Shown: positions 1-13,563 of the stretch, in pieces
How positions within the stretch are numbered: the stretch's first letter is position 1
Layout: each line of letters begins with the position of its first letter
Origin: Daphnia carinata
Taxonomy: Eukaryota
Direction of reading: 5' to 3'
DNA length: 64,000 nt
Assembly: GCF_022539665.2 (NCBI RefSeq)
Contig: NC_081332.1
Location: 4,154,001-4,218,000, forward strand
Translations under genes and position numbers: made by a program
Notes under the pieces: model-generated
Told to the model about the DNA's origin: nothing
Database searches by the model: none
The model's input: only the letters and a program-made list of their open reading frames with translations

Positions 1-163
1 TGGACATTGGAGGTGTAGGTTCTTTTGAGGGCACTTGTAGGGTGATGAGAGCATTAGCAGCTTCGGCTAGAGATATTCCTTTTTGCGGTTGAGACACTTC
101 GATTTCAATCAAAACTTCCGAGTCTTCTGCCATAGTAGAAGAAACTTCTGGTAGTGAATCCAT
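1..163 (-). CDS. Possible first coding exon of a minus-strand gene running off the window (MDSLPEVSSTMAEDSEVLIEIEVSQPQKGISLAEAANALITLQVPSKEPTPPM...), head-to-head with VPS11
   Basis: ATG at 163 opens a stop-free acidic/Pro-rich frame to position 1; no recognisable domain. Confidence 0.35.
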   Translation of the reverse strand, partial: MDSLPEVSSTMAEDSEVLIEIEVSQPQKGISLAEAANALITLQVPSKEPTPPMS

Positions 164-725
164 ATTCCTTACAGATTTGAATATTTCTATTGAACCTCAG
201 GGCCCCAACATTCAATCCTGATACTCTATTGTCCGCGAAAAATGGACATGATGAAAAAACGAGTTAGATTCTGTGAAGGAGATTCCTTTCAAACAAATAA
301 AGCCGTAAAAATAAATCCAAAGATTTTTTTAGCCGCAAAACGCGAGCCCGATGCTCCAGCACCATCTATGAACGATAGCTAAATCGAGTAAACTTTGTGT
401 TCAAAACAAACAAAACGTCTATTTATTCAGAATTGTTTTATCACTTATAGAACCCGCAGCCATATTGTTTGACTTTCATTTTATTTCAAACTAGTTTTTT
501 CCTCCTCATTTTTCCAATTTTTCTACAATTCAATTTTTTTCGTTCTTCATTTTGCCAGCCCCTCTATTTTGTTAGGTGGCACCATCATCGATCCAGCTGA
601 AGTCAAAGTCAACATCAGACCAGACGATTTTTCTGGTCGACAATATTTCTGTTTGACATATGATATGCATAAATTATAGTATTATTTAGAGCTGATGCTT
701 CTTCGATCCATATTCATCTGTACCA

Positions 726-3700
726 ATGGCTTTCTTCCAGGTGTGTTAATTCAGTTAATTAGATGTGTTATTGTCTCGATTTCCTAAACTGAAAGTTGTC
801 AGTTTATGAGGTTTTAGCTTTTACCGTTCATTAACTGGTCCATCCGCCCACTTCATTGCACAGTTTTTTCTCATTAGTCAAATCGAGGTTGGCGGAATTG
901 TACATTTGATTAACCTACCTATGCTTCTTTTTCTTTACAGTGGAGAAGGTTTAATTTTTTTGAGTTACTGAAGGAAACAGACAATGGTACTTTGGACAGG
1001 TCATTCAAGGTAAGGGATTGCTTCAAATATCCATAAATAATTCAAATGGTTAATATGTACTTATGTGACTATAATGTATTTCATTTTAAGGATGTGATAA
1101 TAACCTGTAGTTCCAGTGGTAGAGGACATCTCATTCTTGGAGACAACTTGGGCCTGGTCCATCTCTTTGACAGACAATATCAACGAGAATCCTTTAAGGC
1201 ATATAATGTGAATACTAGCCATGTGCTTCAGCTTAAACAGTCATCATTCCTTGGCACTGTTGGTGTAAGTTATCTAGTGGTTTGGATATTATGATTTGGA
1301 TGATTTGTGTTGATTAAACATTTCTTATTTTATTATTAAAGGAGGATGATCCAGGAATTAACCCAGTCATAAAAATATGGAACATGGAAAAGAAGGACAC
1401 TCATGGATGCCCAGTATGTGTTCACCTAGTCCGTGCTCTACCAGGCAACCGACCAGTTCCAGTCACAGCTTTCGCTATTGATGAACAAATGCATTTGATG
1501 GCTGCTGGATTTGCGGATGGTTCAGTAGTTCTCTACAGAGGTAAGTTTATTGTAAATTATGAAAGGCAAATGTCAATGAAATAAATATTGATTTAGTTAT
1601 TATTTAATAAACGTTTTTCTGCAGGTGATTTAAGTCGTGAACGTCACAGCAAACAGAAGTTTCTACAGGCTGGAACAAGTCTTATCTCTGGACTTTGTTT
1701 ACGGACTACCCAGAAAATGTCACATTTATATGTTGCAACACTATCAACAGTAGTGATGTACACAATAGTTTCTAAAGACAAAGAGCAACTTGCCCAACTC
1801 GATACAGTGGGTTGCTCTCCTGGCTGTTTTGCCTTTGCCGACTCAAAGCAGGGCCAACATTTCATGATCGCAAGAAATGATGTAAGTTTATAGCAGTGTT
1901 TGGAGATGTTTTGATGCCTCATATGTTTTTTCTTTAGGCTGTTTATTGTTATACAATGGAAGGAAAAGGACCCTGTTATGCATTTGAGGGGGAGAAGCTT
2001 GACTTACATTGGTTTCGTGGTTACCTAATAATCGTATCTAAAATTGCCGGAAAGGGCGAAGCAGACAGCGACAAGACCACTGTAACCATCTTTGACGTCA
2101 ATAACAAGTTTATTGCATTTACAGCACCAATCGCCAAAGCTTACCGAGTTATTTCAGAATGGGGATCTCTGCTTGTCCTAACCAAGGATAAAAAGATTCA
2201 TCAGTTAATGGAAAAAGACTTGCATACAAAACTAGACATTCTTTTCAAAAAGAACCTTTATGACGTTGCAATCAGGTAGTAAATCCTCCACCCTCTAAAC
2301 GAAATGCCAATAATGTTACTTATCTATTGTTTACAGAGTTGCCAAGAGCCAACAGTATGATATTGAAGGCCTGGTGGAAATATTCAAATTGTACGGGGAC
2401 CACTTGTACGCCAAGGGAAACCACTCTGGAGCGATGGAGCAGTATTTGAAAACGATCGGTCGTTTAGAGCCGTCATACGTAATAAAAAAATTTTTAGATG
2501 CTCAGCGCATCCATCAACTGACAGCCTACTTGCAAGAACTACACAAACAAGGCTTGGCTAGCGAAGATCACACCACGTTACTTCTAAATTGCTATACCAA
2601 ACTGAGAGATACAGATCGCTTAAACCAGTTTCTAAATGTAATAGTGAATTTTATCGTTAAACCTTTCCTTTTAATGAAATTTTATGTGTTGCAGACTAAA
2701 GATCAGCGGAGCGAATTCGATGTCGAAACAGCTATTCGTGTTTGTCGACAAGCGGGCTATTTCGAACAGGCGTTACGCCTTGCTCAAGACCGAGAAAAAC
2801 ATGAATGGCACCTCAAAATACTTTTGGAAGATCTATCCGACTACCGGCAAGCGCTGAAATACATTCAAAATTTGCCTCCAGATTTAGTTGGTTACAAAGT
2901 CATGACAATCATTTGTTTCTAAAGACAGCTGTCAGTTTCACTTTATTTGGCAGGCCAAAATAAATCTGCAGGAGTACGGCAATGCCCTACTTGAAGAACT
3001 TCCCGACGAAACTACGAAACTGCTATTAGATTTATGTTGCAGCAAGAGCAACAATAACGAAGTAAGAAACTATTTAACTTTGACTTGAGATCGCGATCTT
3101 CTTGGAATTTTTATGTAACAAAAAACATGCATTATTTTTTTTTTTGTCTAGGTGTGTAATCCAGAAGAATTTCTGTTGCTTTTCATCAACCGTAACGAAA
3201 AATTGGTAGAGTTTCTACAAAACGTATTACAGGTTATTTTCTTTTATCTAGTTTCTAATTACTCGCAATTTTATGTAGAACGATTCGTCTCTATGATTAC
3301 CTCTAGGTCCACCCTAATTCAAACAGTTCATTGCATTTTGCACTGCTTGAGCAATACCTTTTGATGTGGACGAAAAATATTGCCAACCCGGAGTTGGAAA
3401 AGAAAATTACGCTTCTTTTGCAGAATTCTTCCGTCTTGGGTGCCGCAGATCGCGCTCTTTTTCTTTGTCAAACGCATAAATTTCGTCCCGGAATTCTATT
3501 CATCTTTGAAAAAACAAAACTTTATGGGGAATTACTCCACTTTTATGCAAACGAGAATAATTTTGAGAGTGTCATTTCAACTTGCAGAAGGTAAAATATG
3601 CCCGGGACAATGCAATGGGTAAGATGCTGAATATTTGATTGTGTTTTGTAGGTTCGGTCAGCAAGAACCATCTCTGTGGGTGAGGGCTTTAACATTATCG

Positions 3701-5311
3701 ACTGCAAACGACAAGGTAACTACTGAATGTTTGGCGGAAATCTTGGCGTCCATAGGTAAGACAATTAAATAGTTGTTATGATACTTTTGGAAACCATGTT
3801 AATTGGCGCCTGAAAATTGCAGAGAAACTCAAACTTCTTCCTGCCCTTAGAGTGATTGAAATGCTAGGTCGTTCTCCTAACGCTACTTTGGGTCTCGCAC
3901 GGGATTACTTGATTCGTACTCTTCAGTCAGATCAGTCGAACATCAGTGAAGACGAGAGACTTATCCAGCAATATCGTCAAGAAACTGAAGCAGTCAGGGA
4001 AAAAATTAAGGACATAAAGACTAGGTTTATTTTGCAATGACAAGCAATTTGCGAGTTCGCTATTCATAATATTTTTATTTTCATTTTCTCTTGCAGTGCT
4101 TTAGTATTTCAAGGTTCTAAATGCAATGTATGTAACCAGCCACTGGAACTGCCGTCAGTCCATTTCCTTTGTCTGCATTCATTCCATCAACAGTAAAAAA
4201 AAAAACCTACAATCAATACTATATTCATTAATTTTTATAATTTTTATAATTTTTTAGTTGCTTTGATAGCTATGCTGATAATGAGAATGAATGTCCAGCC
4301 TGCCATACGGAAAACAAAAGGATTTTGGACATTGTCCGGGCACAGGCAAGCTATGCGAAATAGTTTACTTGTATTTCCAGTTTAAATTGCCACTCTTTGG
4401 CTTTTATTTAGGAGCAGAGCAAAGATCTTCATGAAGCTTTCCATGGGCAACTGGAAAAAGCTGATGACCCGTTTACGGTACTTGCCGACTATTTTGGACG
4501 CGGAGTCTTCAACAGCTTACCATCCTGGGAGACGGCTATGTCGGGTCATCAAGGTATTCGTACCGATTTGTCATCTGTTTCTTGGGGGCCACAAAATGCT
4601 GGTCCAGGTTTTGAAGCTAAGCTGCGTAAAAGTGAAGGCAAAAGCTCTGCGAATCTTTCAGGTGAATATCTAAATGGAATTTGTTTGTGAATTTTTTTCT
4701 GCGTTATTAAACAAAATATATATAATTAAGTTTAGCATATTTGCTGTTGTTAGAGTAAATAAAAGAACCATAAATCTAGGCTGAATGCGGCTTTTCTCTT
4801 GTCAGGATTCACAAATGAAGGTCGTGTGAGATTGCAAGAAAATTCTTCGATCCGACCTACACGAATCGATGTGACTGAAGGTCGGTTACGCAACACTGAA
4901 GTGATTGGAGCTGCGGAGCGAGTTGCATCGAGCACCGCTGCAGCTACAACTTCTGAAGCAAGACATCGACTTCAGGAAGGCACAAACGCGAAAACTTTTC
5001 TAACAATACCGGTAGAAATTCCCCGCCAAACCGTGGTAACGCAGTCGGCTACGAGCGTTCCAAACTATGTAGGAGTGGTTAAAGCGGTTGGCGCTTCCGG
5101 TTCATCTGATTTCAGTACGTCACTCAGAAAATCCTCTAATTTATCCCTGCGTAAAGCATACGGCATCCAAGCGAATACAGAACCGGAAAATCCCTTTAAG
5201 GAAGACACTTATGACGAAGCAAAAAATCCATTTGCAGATGAACAATCTTCGAATCCCTTCGGTGATGACGAGGATGACTATAATGATAGTCTAAACCCTT
5301 TCACTGAATAA
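726..5311 (+). CDS. VPS11: Vacuolar protein sorting-associated protein 11 (HOPS/CORVET core), multi-exon
   Basis: Spliced frames MAFFQ|WRRFNFF..., EDDPGINPVIKIWN, YGDHLYAKG..., LEPSYVIKKFLDAQRI, RING-H2 CNVCNQPLELPSVHFLCLHSFHQ..C..ECPAC, DYFGRGVF; short GT-AG introns plus one GC-AG; stop at 5311. Confidence 0.96.
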
Positions 5312-6006
5312 TATAACTTCTCATCTCAAGTTGATTTAACACAATGTATGCTCTATGCTGTATCCCTCAAGTCTACTTTCCATTATGTTGACTTTATGAA
5401 ATTAATGCTAAATAGACACGTGAAACAGAATACTAATTGTCATTATTGTTGAACTGTAATTTCGGCAATGGTGGTAGTGATTTTTTCCGTGCTGTTTTTC
5501 TTTAGTCTAATGACTAACCTTCTAGCCGCACTACTGTACGTCCTACTGGTGTTAGACACAACAAAAACTAAATAAGCCCGACCTTTCTTATTTTTTGCAC
5601 GAATATTCGGTGTAATTTAATAACAAACGGCTAACTTGACAAGAAAACGAGTGTATTTTTCTGAATCAGTGTTAAATTTTGAATATACTGTATGATTTTA
5701 ATGGAATTCTAGATGTCATTTTTGGCCGATTTTACAAAAGTGGTAAGGCCTTTTACTTTTGTTGGTAATAGCCTTTGCACTTTTTATTTTTGGTTAAATT
5801 TTAGACTTCGCTTAAAATACATGACTTCGATTAAGAATTGAATGCTTATCACGGAAATCAAACTTATTTTTTAATAGGCCTTATGGTTTTTTAAGTAAAT
5901 ATACGCTCGCCAGTACGCTACAGCGTTAGTAATTTTTAGTCGTAATTTTTTTTTTTTTTTTGGGGGGGGGGGGGGGGGGAACGGATAGATATTTTTTTGG
6001 GTGTGT

Positions 6007-6024
6007 GTAAAACGGATTGCCATA
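6007..6024 (-). mobile_element. Isolated copy of the transposon terminus TATGGCAATCCGTTTTAC (same as at 14194 and 37506)
   Basis: GTAAAACGGATTGCCATA is the exact reverse complement of 14194-14211. Confidence 0.6.
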
Positions 6025-6504
6025 GTTACGAAGGTTCAAAAAATAATAAATGAATAGCAGCGCGCCTGCTGGTCACTTACTGCACTGTACAAGTAAGGTT
6101 TCTGGAGTCCTGTCACGTCTGCTGTAGTGTTGTAGTTAAAACAGACAACTCGAAATTTTTAATCGTTCTCCAATCTAAAAAAATACGCACGTTGTACATT
6201 TAAGCATAAGGTTAAGGAACTTATATCAAAATTCAACTTTTTAATGTACAAGATTATTATATTACACAAAAACCGTGTAAATGAAACAAGCGTGAAAGTG
6301 TTAAGTTTGGTAAAGACGAGTACACTGACCATTGTTGTGGATGATTTATTTCGATTGGTGTTACGTATTTAAAAGATGATTTGATAGAATTAATATTTTT
6401 TCACGTGGCATTCTGGGTTTAAAAAATAGCAGAACGCATTGTTTAGAAACACAGTGTTACTGGAATGATGGAATTTTGTTTTTTCTCTTTAGCCATATTG
6501 AAAA

Positions 6505-7167
6505 ATGGATGATCAGGATGCACCAGAGTTCATGGATGATGATTCACAGGAAGCAAATTCTCCGGTAGCGGAAAATGATCAAACAGTGTATGAAGATTTG
6601 GCTACTGGTCCAAATTTGGAATCGGTGGAAGTTAGTAATACAAGGACATTAGGACAACCACTATCAGATTTCCTTATGACTTTAGAAGATTATACACCTA
6701 CAGTGAGTAAAATGATAACTATAAGTTGTGAAGGTTTGCCATCAAACAAAACATCTCATTATTTGTATAATAGTTTTTTTTATTTTGATTAATATATAAT
6801 TTTTATATACTTATTCGTCATTTTCCAGATACCTGATGCCGTTACATGTTCTTACCTGGCCTCATCTGGCTTTGAAGCTTCCGACCCCAGAATGTAAGTT
6901 TTCTTTTATTCTTTCCTCCCATTATTCTGCTGCCATAAGACTGTTCTTTTCTGTTGCAGTGTTCGTCTGGTGTCAATTGCTGCTCAGAAGTTCATCTCTG
7001 ACATAGTAAATGATGCTCTTCAACACTGCAAGATGAGAGGTGCGAACACTGTCCAATCCTCTAAGAACAAGGCAAAAGATAAAAGATATGTCCTAACAAT
7101 GGAAGATCTTGCCCCTGCCCTTGCAGAATATGGAATTCAAATTCGCAAACCTCCCTATTATTCATAA
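6505..7167 (+). CDS. TAF10: TFIID/SAGA subunit TAF10, 3 coding exons (6505-6702, 6830-6893, 6960-7167)
   Basis: LSDFLMTLEDYTPT|IPDAVT..YL..SGFEASDPRI|VRLVSIAAQKFISDIVNDALQHCKMR...LTMEDLAPALAEYGIQIRKPPYY histone-fold signature. Confidence 0.96.
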
Positions 7168-8912
7168 GGTCTTTAAATTCATCTTACCATTTAAAGCACC
7201 ATTTTTTCGTATCTTTTAATAAAACCTAATCTTCGGAATCTAATCGTCAAATAGTAGGCCATTTACTTCAAGTCATATCAAGTTATTTATCATTGATGAA
7301 AACCAAACTCGTTGAGAAAATCTTTTTGGGTATCACCCTTATGCCGCCTTATCTGCGTAGTACGTTGATCCTTCTGTCCAGGTCAAAATTATATCGCAAA
7401 TTGAAACTGGTACGCATTCATTCGCAGCAATTCGATCCTCGGCTTAATGTTTCAACCCATCCTGATGGTATCACGCCATTCGTGCCGGATTAACATGGTC
7501 TACTACTCTGAAATCAAAGGACACTTCGAAGCCAATCGTCAACCTTGATGAAGATTCGTAGTTTTCTTTAAATTTTACATGACCTAAATCGCCTCAAATT
7601 ATCGAAAAGCGAATGGCCTTTATCGATGCTTATTCAAGGAATTATAGAACATAGTTTTGTGTAGCAGTCAAAGTGGCCTTGCATTTACGGGCGTCTTGAG
7701 GACCTTGAAATACTATAACGTTCATGAAACCGGAACTTCAGAACGGTGAAGTTCATGAAGGCCTATAAAGCGGAATTTTGTAAAAACAAAAAACTGTGTG
7801 TGTTTAGAATTGTTTGGTAATAACAACGAATGTTTCAATGTACAAACACCGCACATACGATATCTAACGTGCTTTTTTGGTAAATTTCCGCATAGATAAC
7901 GTAACACCCTGTGGCCACTGGAACCGAAACTTTCCACATCACTCCTCCTCTCACTATTCATCAGGACCCCGCCCCATCCTGAAACTTGTTTACTAGAAAA
8001 CTCAGGCATGACACAAAACACAAAAAAACACACGCAGGAAGACGTGCTCAGCTTAACATATAAACAACCCATCACCCAAAGTCTTGGCTCCAGTCCTGTT
8101 TGATCAGTCAAACAACATTTTACTCCTATCCTTACTTCGTTTCGAAAATCTACTAGCCAGGGGAATAACAGGTGAGGTCTTGAGTTGCCATTACTTTTCA
8201 AAAGCGGCCTACGTGATATTTCCACCATCTAAAAACATGTCATAGCTTGGCGTTTGGCCAATACTTATTTATATGTATAGTTGTACGTGATCAACTCGCC
8301 AGAGCATAAAAAGGGTATCGATGACGAACCGAATGAATCTCCTTAAAATTTGTTTGTGTTTTCCTTGGACATTTATGGTACAACTAATATCTCTCGACGC
8401 ATATGTCAGAGAAGTTTTTTATTCTAAAACTTTTGCTTTTTACCAATTCTTTCTTCCTCCCAATATTCATCGCCGTTCTTTCAATGTATTGGTTTATTCG
8501 CCCACTTTGTTGACATCGATTCAGCCACGAGTGGCCGCAAGGCTGCGCGCTACGCTGCGCGCGTGTTTGGTACACTGCGCCCCCCTATCTACGTATGTGC
8601 TTCCCCTTCACTCGACCTCAAGTCTGTAGCCAGGAAAGTCGCGAGTGCCGCTCGAGCGTCTCTGATAAAAACACCCACACGAGAGTGACTTTCTTATAGT
8701 TATCTTTTGATTTTCTAACCAACACTTTTTAAATTACTGAATGCTCCAAGTATGTCCTTGGTTTTGCAAAAGTTATCAGGTGTGATTGGATTGGATCACT
8801 GACGATAAAGATTTTTCGATTGTTAATTCAAAAATTTTTTTGGCTATTATTTTTTAGTTACTACAGCATTTTGTGAAGACAGTGTTTCGTATTGCTTCAA
8901 CTTTAACCCTGC

Positions 8913-10646
8913 ATGATGCTTGTCATTTTAACGGAAAGACTTGCACAAATCCTCGAGTGGCTCAAAAGCGTCGCTGGATATAGTAAGTCGTAGTAACGTT
9001 TGTTTGTTTTGTTCGCTTTTTTTATGTTTTTGAATCCATCATTTTTGTGTTTGTTTTTTTAATCATTTGAAATTTTTGACGTGTGGCCTCAAAATTTTAA
9101 CGTTGGAAAGTGAAATGAATTACTTTGTTTGAAACATTGAAGCCATATGTGCGTTTCAGAGAATACCTTTATCCACCCCTTGCTCGAAATGCAACTGAAA
9201 AAAGGGAGAAAAAGCACGTTTGGAAACCTGTTTCTGGCAAGAACATTTCGCCGCCGAGGGAAACAACCTTTTGGGATTTGAAACTAATCTTTCACCATTT
9301 CGTTTATATCTTTTTTTCGTAGGTGTGGTCGAATCGAATTCGAAGGCTCTAAACGTTTCTCGTACCCAACGGGGTAAGGATCGACCCCCTCTAGATTGTT
9401 TTCCACGGATGAATCATTCCCTTAGGCTGGCTGTTGGTCAGTCATCGTCTCTATCGGAACTTTCCACACAAGCAGATGACTGTATTTTGGTGGATGGAAA
9501 AAACGTTTCTGTGAGTTTTTTCGCGATTTGAATTTTCGATTTTTTATTAACGATCTACTCATTTTTTTTTCACCTGCAGTTCTTAAAGCTTTCTGACTTG
9601 TCCGGAGACTCCAAAAAGGATTTGTGCAGAAGATTGGTGGCTTCCAATGGCCAGGATGTGTTCCTCATGGGTATCTCATACAGCGAAGCACAATCTCTTA
9701 CGAATTGCCGAGATTTCCCAAAGACCAGCAGCCAAACCTTGCCTCGTTGTCGGAGTTACCGATTGCGCAAAACCCAACTAATGGCTGATCCATTTGATAC
9801 ACTTTCTTCAGTCGTTAATCAAGTAAACAACAAAAATCGCACACTCTACTTTAGCCGGGTAATTATTAAATTTATGTTTTTGACGAAAAGAAAAGAAATG
9901 AGAAGAGTTAATGTGCAATAATTTTTTTCAGCATGGTGAGAGTGAATATAACGTTCTGGGCAAAGTTGGAGGTGATGCAGATCTTTCCTCACGCGGCCGC
10001 CAATACGCCGATTGCTTGGCCGAATACGTCAATAGCACCTTGGGGTCTATTCCGGGATTCAAATTGTGGACCTCTTGTCTGAAACGCACAATTCAAACGG
10101 CCAAAAACATCAAGGCACCTCAAGAGCACATGGAGGCGCTGAACGAGTTAGACACTGGCGTTTGTGATGGACTCACTTATGAGGAAATCGCCGAGCGCTA
10201 TCCAATCGAATTTGCTGCTCGTGACGACGACAAATTTCACTACCGTTATCCAGAAGGCGAGTCCTATTTTGACCTGCTACTTCGCGTCCAACCAGTTCTG
10301 AACCGTCTGAAGGTCGAGGACAATGTTATGGTGATCGCACACCAGGCGGTTCTGCGTTGCCTGCTGGCAGCGTTGCTCAACAAGGATGAAAAAGAATTGC
10401 CGTATATCCATACACCCCTCCACACGGTAATGCGGCTGTCATTTAAACCGGACGATGGAGGTCGCCATTTGGATCTTATACCGCTAAGCATCGAGTGCGT
10501 TGAAACACACAGGGCCAAACCTGAGGTACATCCACAATCTAGTTCTTACAATTTAGAAATATTTATAAAGTTTTATTCATTTGTAGAATTGTAGTCTCAC
10601 GCGTACTGCCGAGGAGGCGCTTATAACCGTTCCTGCACATTTCTGA
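8913..10646 (+). CDS. PFKFB-like protein: intact fructose-2,6-bisphosphatase (histidine phosphatase) domain, degenerate N-terminal kinase region
   Basis: RTLYFSR|HGESEYNVLGKVGGDADLS, LNELDTGVCDGLTYEEI, DKFHYRYPEGESY, VIAHQAVLRCL, ETHRAKPE|NCS...TVPAHF*; exons approx 8913-8982, 9323-9510, 9580-9858, 9932-10526, 10588-10646; start codon inferred. Confidence 0.85.
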
Positions 10647-12070
10647 AAATATGCCTGCATCCAATAAAATCCTATGGCATAAAACCCACGCGAAAGATTG
10701 ATAAACAATGGGGTTCAACATGTACGGTCGGTTTTTCTCAATCTTGGTTCTTTCCATATTGTAACCTTTTTTATATATCTGTGATTATACTCGCATAATG
10801 TACCGAATGCTTGAAGAATTTAAAACTATATTTGAGGGGATCTTGATTTTTTTTAATTAGAAAAAACTGGAATACAACGCTGGTATTTGGCTCCCAAATG
10901 AGCCTTCGACTAGCCAAATATTTCACCAAAATCGGTACGTTTAATTACCACCGCTGTGTTAGACTATTTTTAACACCGGACCAAAAAGAAGACAAAACAG
11001 AAACTCTAAAATGATTTTTCCCCGAGAAATCCCTGTTTTATTTTCGAACGCTGCGACCGATTTGTCTTGTTTGAGCCGAACTACTACGGCATTCGATTTC
11101 ATCCCAAAAACTAGTACTTTGTTCTTTAAAAATACTTTCTAGAACCACATAACGTCGCCTTCTTGTGGAATCGATATACTTGATAATGAATTAACATACA
11201 CAACTTGCGGTTTGTTTATTTTAATCATGCGAATAGTGTCTACATAATGACTTGCAAGCGCTTACCGCAAGCTGTTGGCAGTTTTGATACTCATATGGCC
11301 TGGGGTAGTAAAATTACAAAGTTATTCTTGTAAAATGGGTCATAATAGTTGATTTGACGAAGAACTGGAACTATTCCAAGTCGCACGGTGACGGAAGCCA
11401 GTGTAAATAGAGCATCTAAGAATGCTAGAAAAGAAAATATCTGAGGAACCGTAAAAAACCATTGCTTAACAAAATGTGGTTCTTGGATGCTTAAAGCGCC
11501 GGCCTGGATCCGAATTTGCATTTTTTCCGTTGGACGTCCGTTTGGGCGAAAGGAAGACCTTTTTCACTTAAATACCAATACTTCCATCATCTAGTAAAAG
11601 ATGTCCAAATTTCCAGATTTTCAATTTTCCATTCCATTTTTATTTCCAGCATCCAAGATCCAGTCATCTGGCAGGGTAGTACATTTTATGGTCTGTGCTC
11701 CGTGTTAAAACCCCTAAAAAAAGCCACACCCCCTTGCATTTCAGCAAGCCAAATTTTTAAGGAGTTACTCGGGCTTACTCCGACCGAATGATCCACACCA
11801 TGCGGAGATTTCATGTATTAAAACACAAAGTGCCAGTTCGACATCAACTAGGATGTCGGTGAATGATGTTTAATGTTATGGCAACGTTGCAAAAGTACAT
11901 TTAGTAGCAGACTACAATTTAATATATTTTAGATGATTTAAAGAGCTGGAGTACATGTGGTCTTCGAAATTTTTTTCTGACTCTTGTGCGTTAGTTCCAA
12001 AATCATTAAATTTAACTTGTTGATGAAGCTTTTAATGTTTCAAAACCGTGTAAGCTCTTTATGATTTCAA

Positions 12071-13563
12071 ATGGCATTACCTAATCCTTTTGCTTGTGGC
12101 ACACTTCATAAACCAAGTTTTACCCCTGTTTCATCACACAAAAATACAAATTTAAATCCTGGCCCAGGATTACCACACGCACCTCAACCTCAGTATAGTG
12201 GCGATAGTATGGCAAGAATGCTTCAAAGTGATGCGAAACAAAAGACGTTTGAGCTCCAAAAAAACAACTTTCAAAGCTCACAGTTTCAATCTTTCTCATG
12301 TGATCGTTGTGATCGTTCATTTAGATCTCATGAACTCTTAAACATTCATATATCTGAACACATTCACTGTGGAATAAATGGATGCCCATTTGTAGCACAT
12401 CCTAAAATCGTGGAGAAGCACATACAAATGCAGCATGAGACGGGCCTTGCTGAACAAATAATGCGGCTAAACACCCCAGAGGAAATTCAAAAATGGAGAG
12501 AAGAAAGACGGAAGTATTTTAAACAATGGCCATTCCATTTAAATATTATTGCAATTAATTCTTTCTTGTAGCCGATTTCCCTCTACTGCCAATGTTGCAC
12601 GTCGACAAGCTGAGCAGAAAGAAAGATTAGAAAGAGGAGAACTTCTATATGAACCTAAAAAAAAGTTTGGTATGAAGTGGCAGTAGAATACTTTTTAGTT
12701 TCATTATTAAATCAATTTTGCAGCCAGTAATAGAAAACAGCAAGAGAAAGGAGATAGGGGAGGAGGTTGGGATGCAAGAAGAAATAAGAACAGGAAGAAT
12801 AATGGTAAAACAGAAAAAAAAAGTAATAACATACCACATCAACAATTCAAACCTGAATTTTCACAAAATGTTTCAATACCACATGAAACGAAGCCCTTTA
12901 ACAGTATGGAAACACCAGAATCAAGTAGAGGTTTTATCTAAATTTGCCTGAACATGGTTTATAACACAATTTACCTTTATGATGGGCTTATTTACAATTT
13001 GTGTTTTTAGTAAATATTAAACAGGACTTGAACGATGGTGAAATAATATCGGACAATAAGGAAAAAATTTACTCAGGGGTACAACCTGTTAGTAGTGCGT
13101 TGGCCAATTTGATAAGCTATGCCTCTGATTCTGAAGACAACATGGCAGGTGAAGGAAGTGAAAACGCAGCTAAGGTCTTATTCATATGTGCTTATCTTCT
13201 TTGTCGCCCATGTTCCAGATACAAAGAAAGCGAAATTAATTCAAAAAGAAGCAGAAAACCCTGCCATGAACTGCCCGAAGGAAAGTCACCCAAAACCCAC
13301 TAAGCGTAGGAAGAAGGGGAAAACCCAAAAAAGTGCTGTAACTGTACCAGCTCTTAAAGAGCTTGTTCGCCCAAAGAGACTGACACTCCTGCAAAAGGTT
13401 TTATTTAAAAAATTTATTTGCCTGTAACCTTAGATTAAACCAAGATTAAATTTTTTTACAGCTGTTGCAAGGTGAAATTTTGCATGAACGTAATATTATT
13501 CTCCAGTGTGTGCATTTTATTGTTCAGCAGAATTTCTTCGGTATGAATCAAGGAACAGTTTGA
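12071..13563 (+). CDS. NUFIP1: NUFIP1/Rsa1-like snoRNP assembly factor, 6 exons
   Basis: C2H2-like CDRCDR...HISEHIHCGINGCPFVAHPKIVEKHIQMQH, LNTPEEIQKWREERRNRFP, and C-terminal TLLQK|LLQGEILHERNIILQCVHFIVQQNFF. Confidence 0.92.

Noticed and set aside
7293..8629. ORFs between TAF10 and the PFKFB-like gene (similarly 11291-11791)
   Set aside because: No recognisable domain or consistent spliced frame
8741..8779. Upstream ATG exon as start of the PFKFB-like CDS
   Set aside because: Its spliced frame ends in TAG at the exon 2/3 junction; at most a uORF
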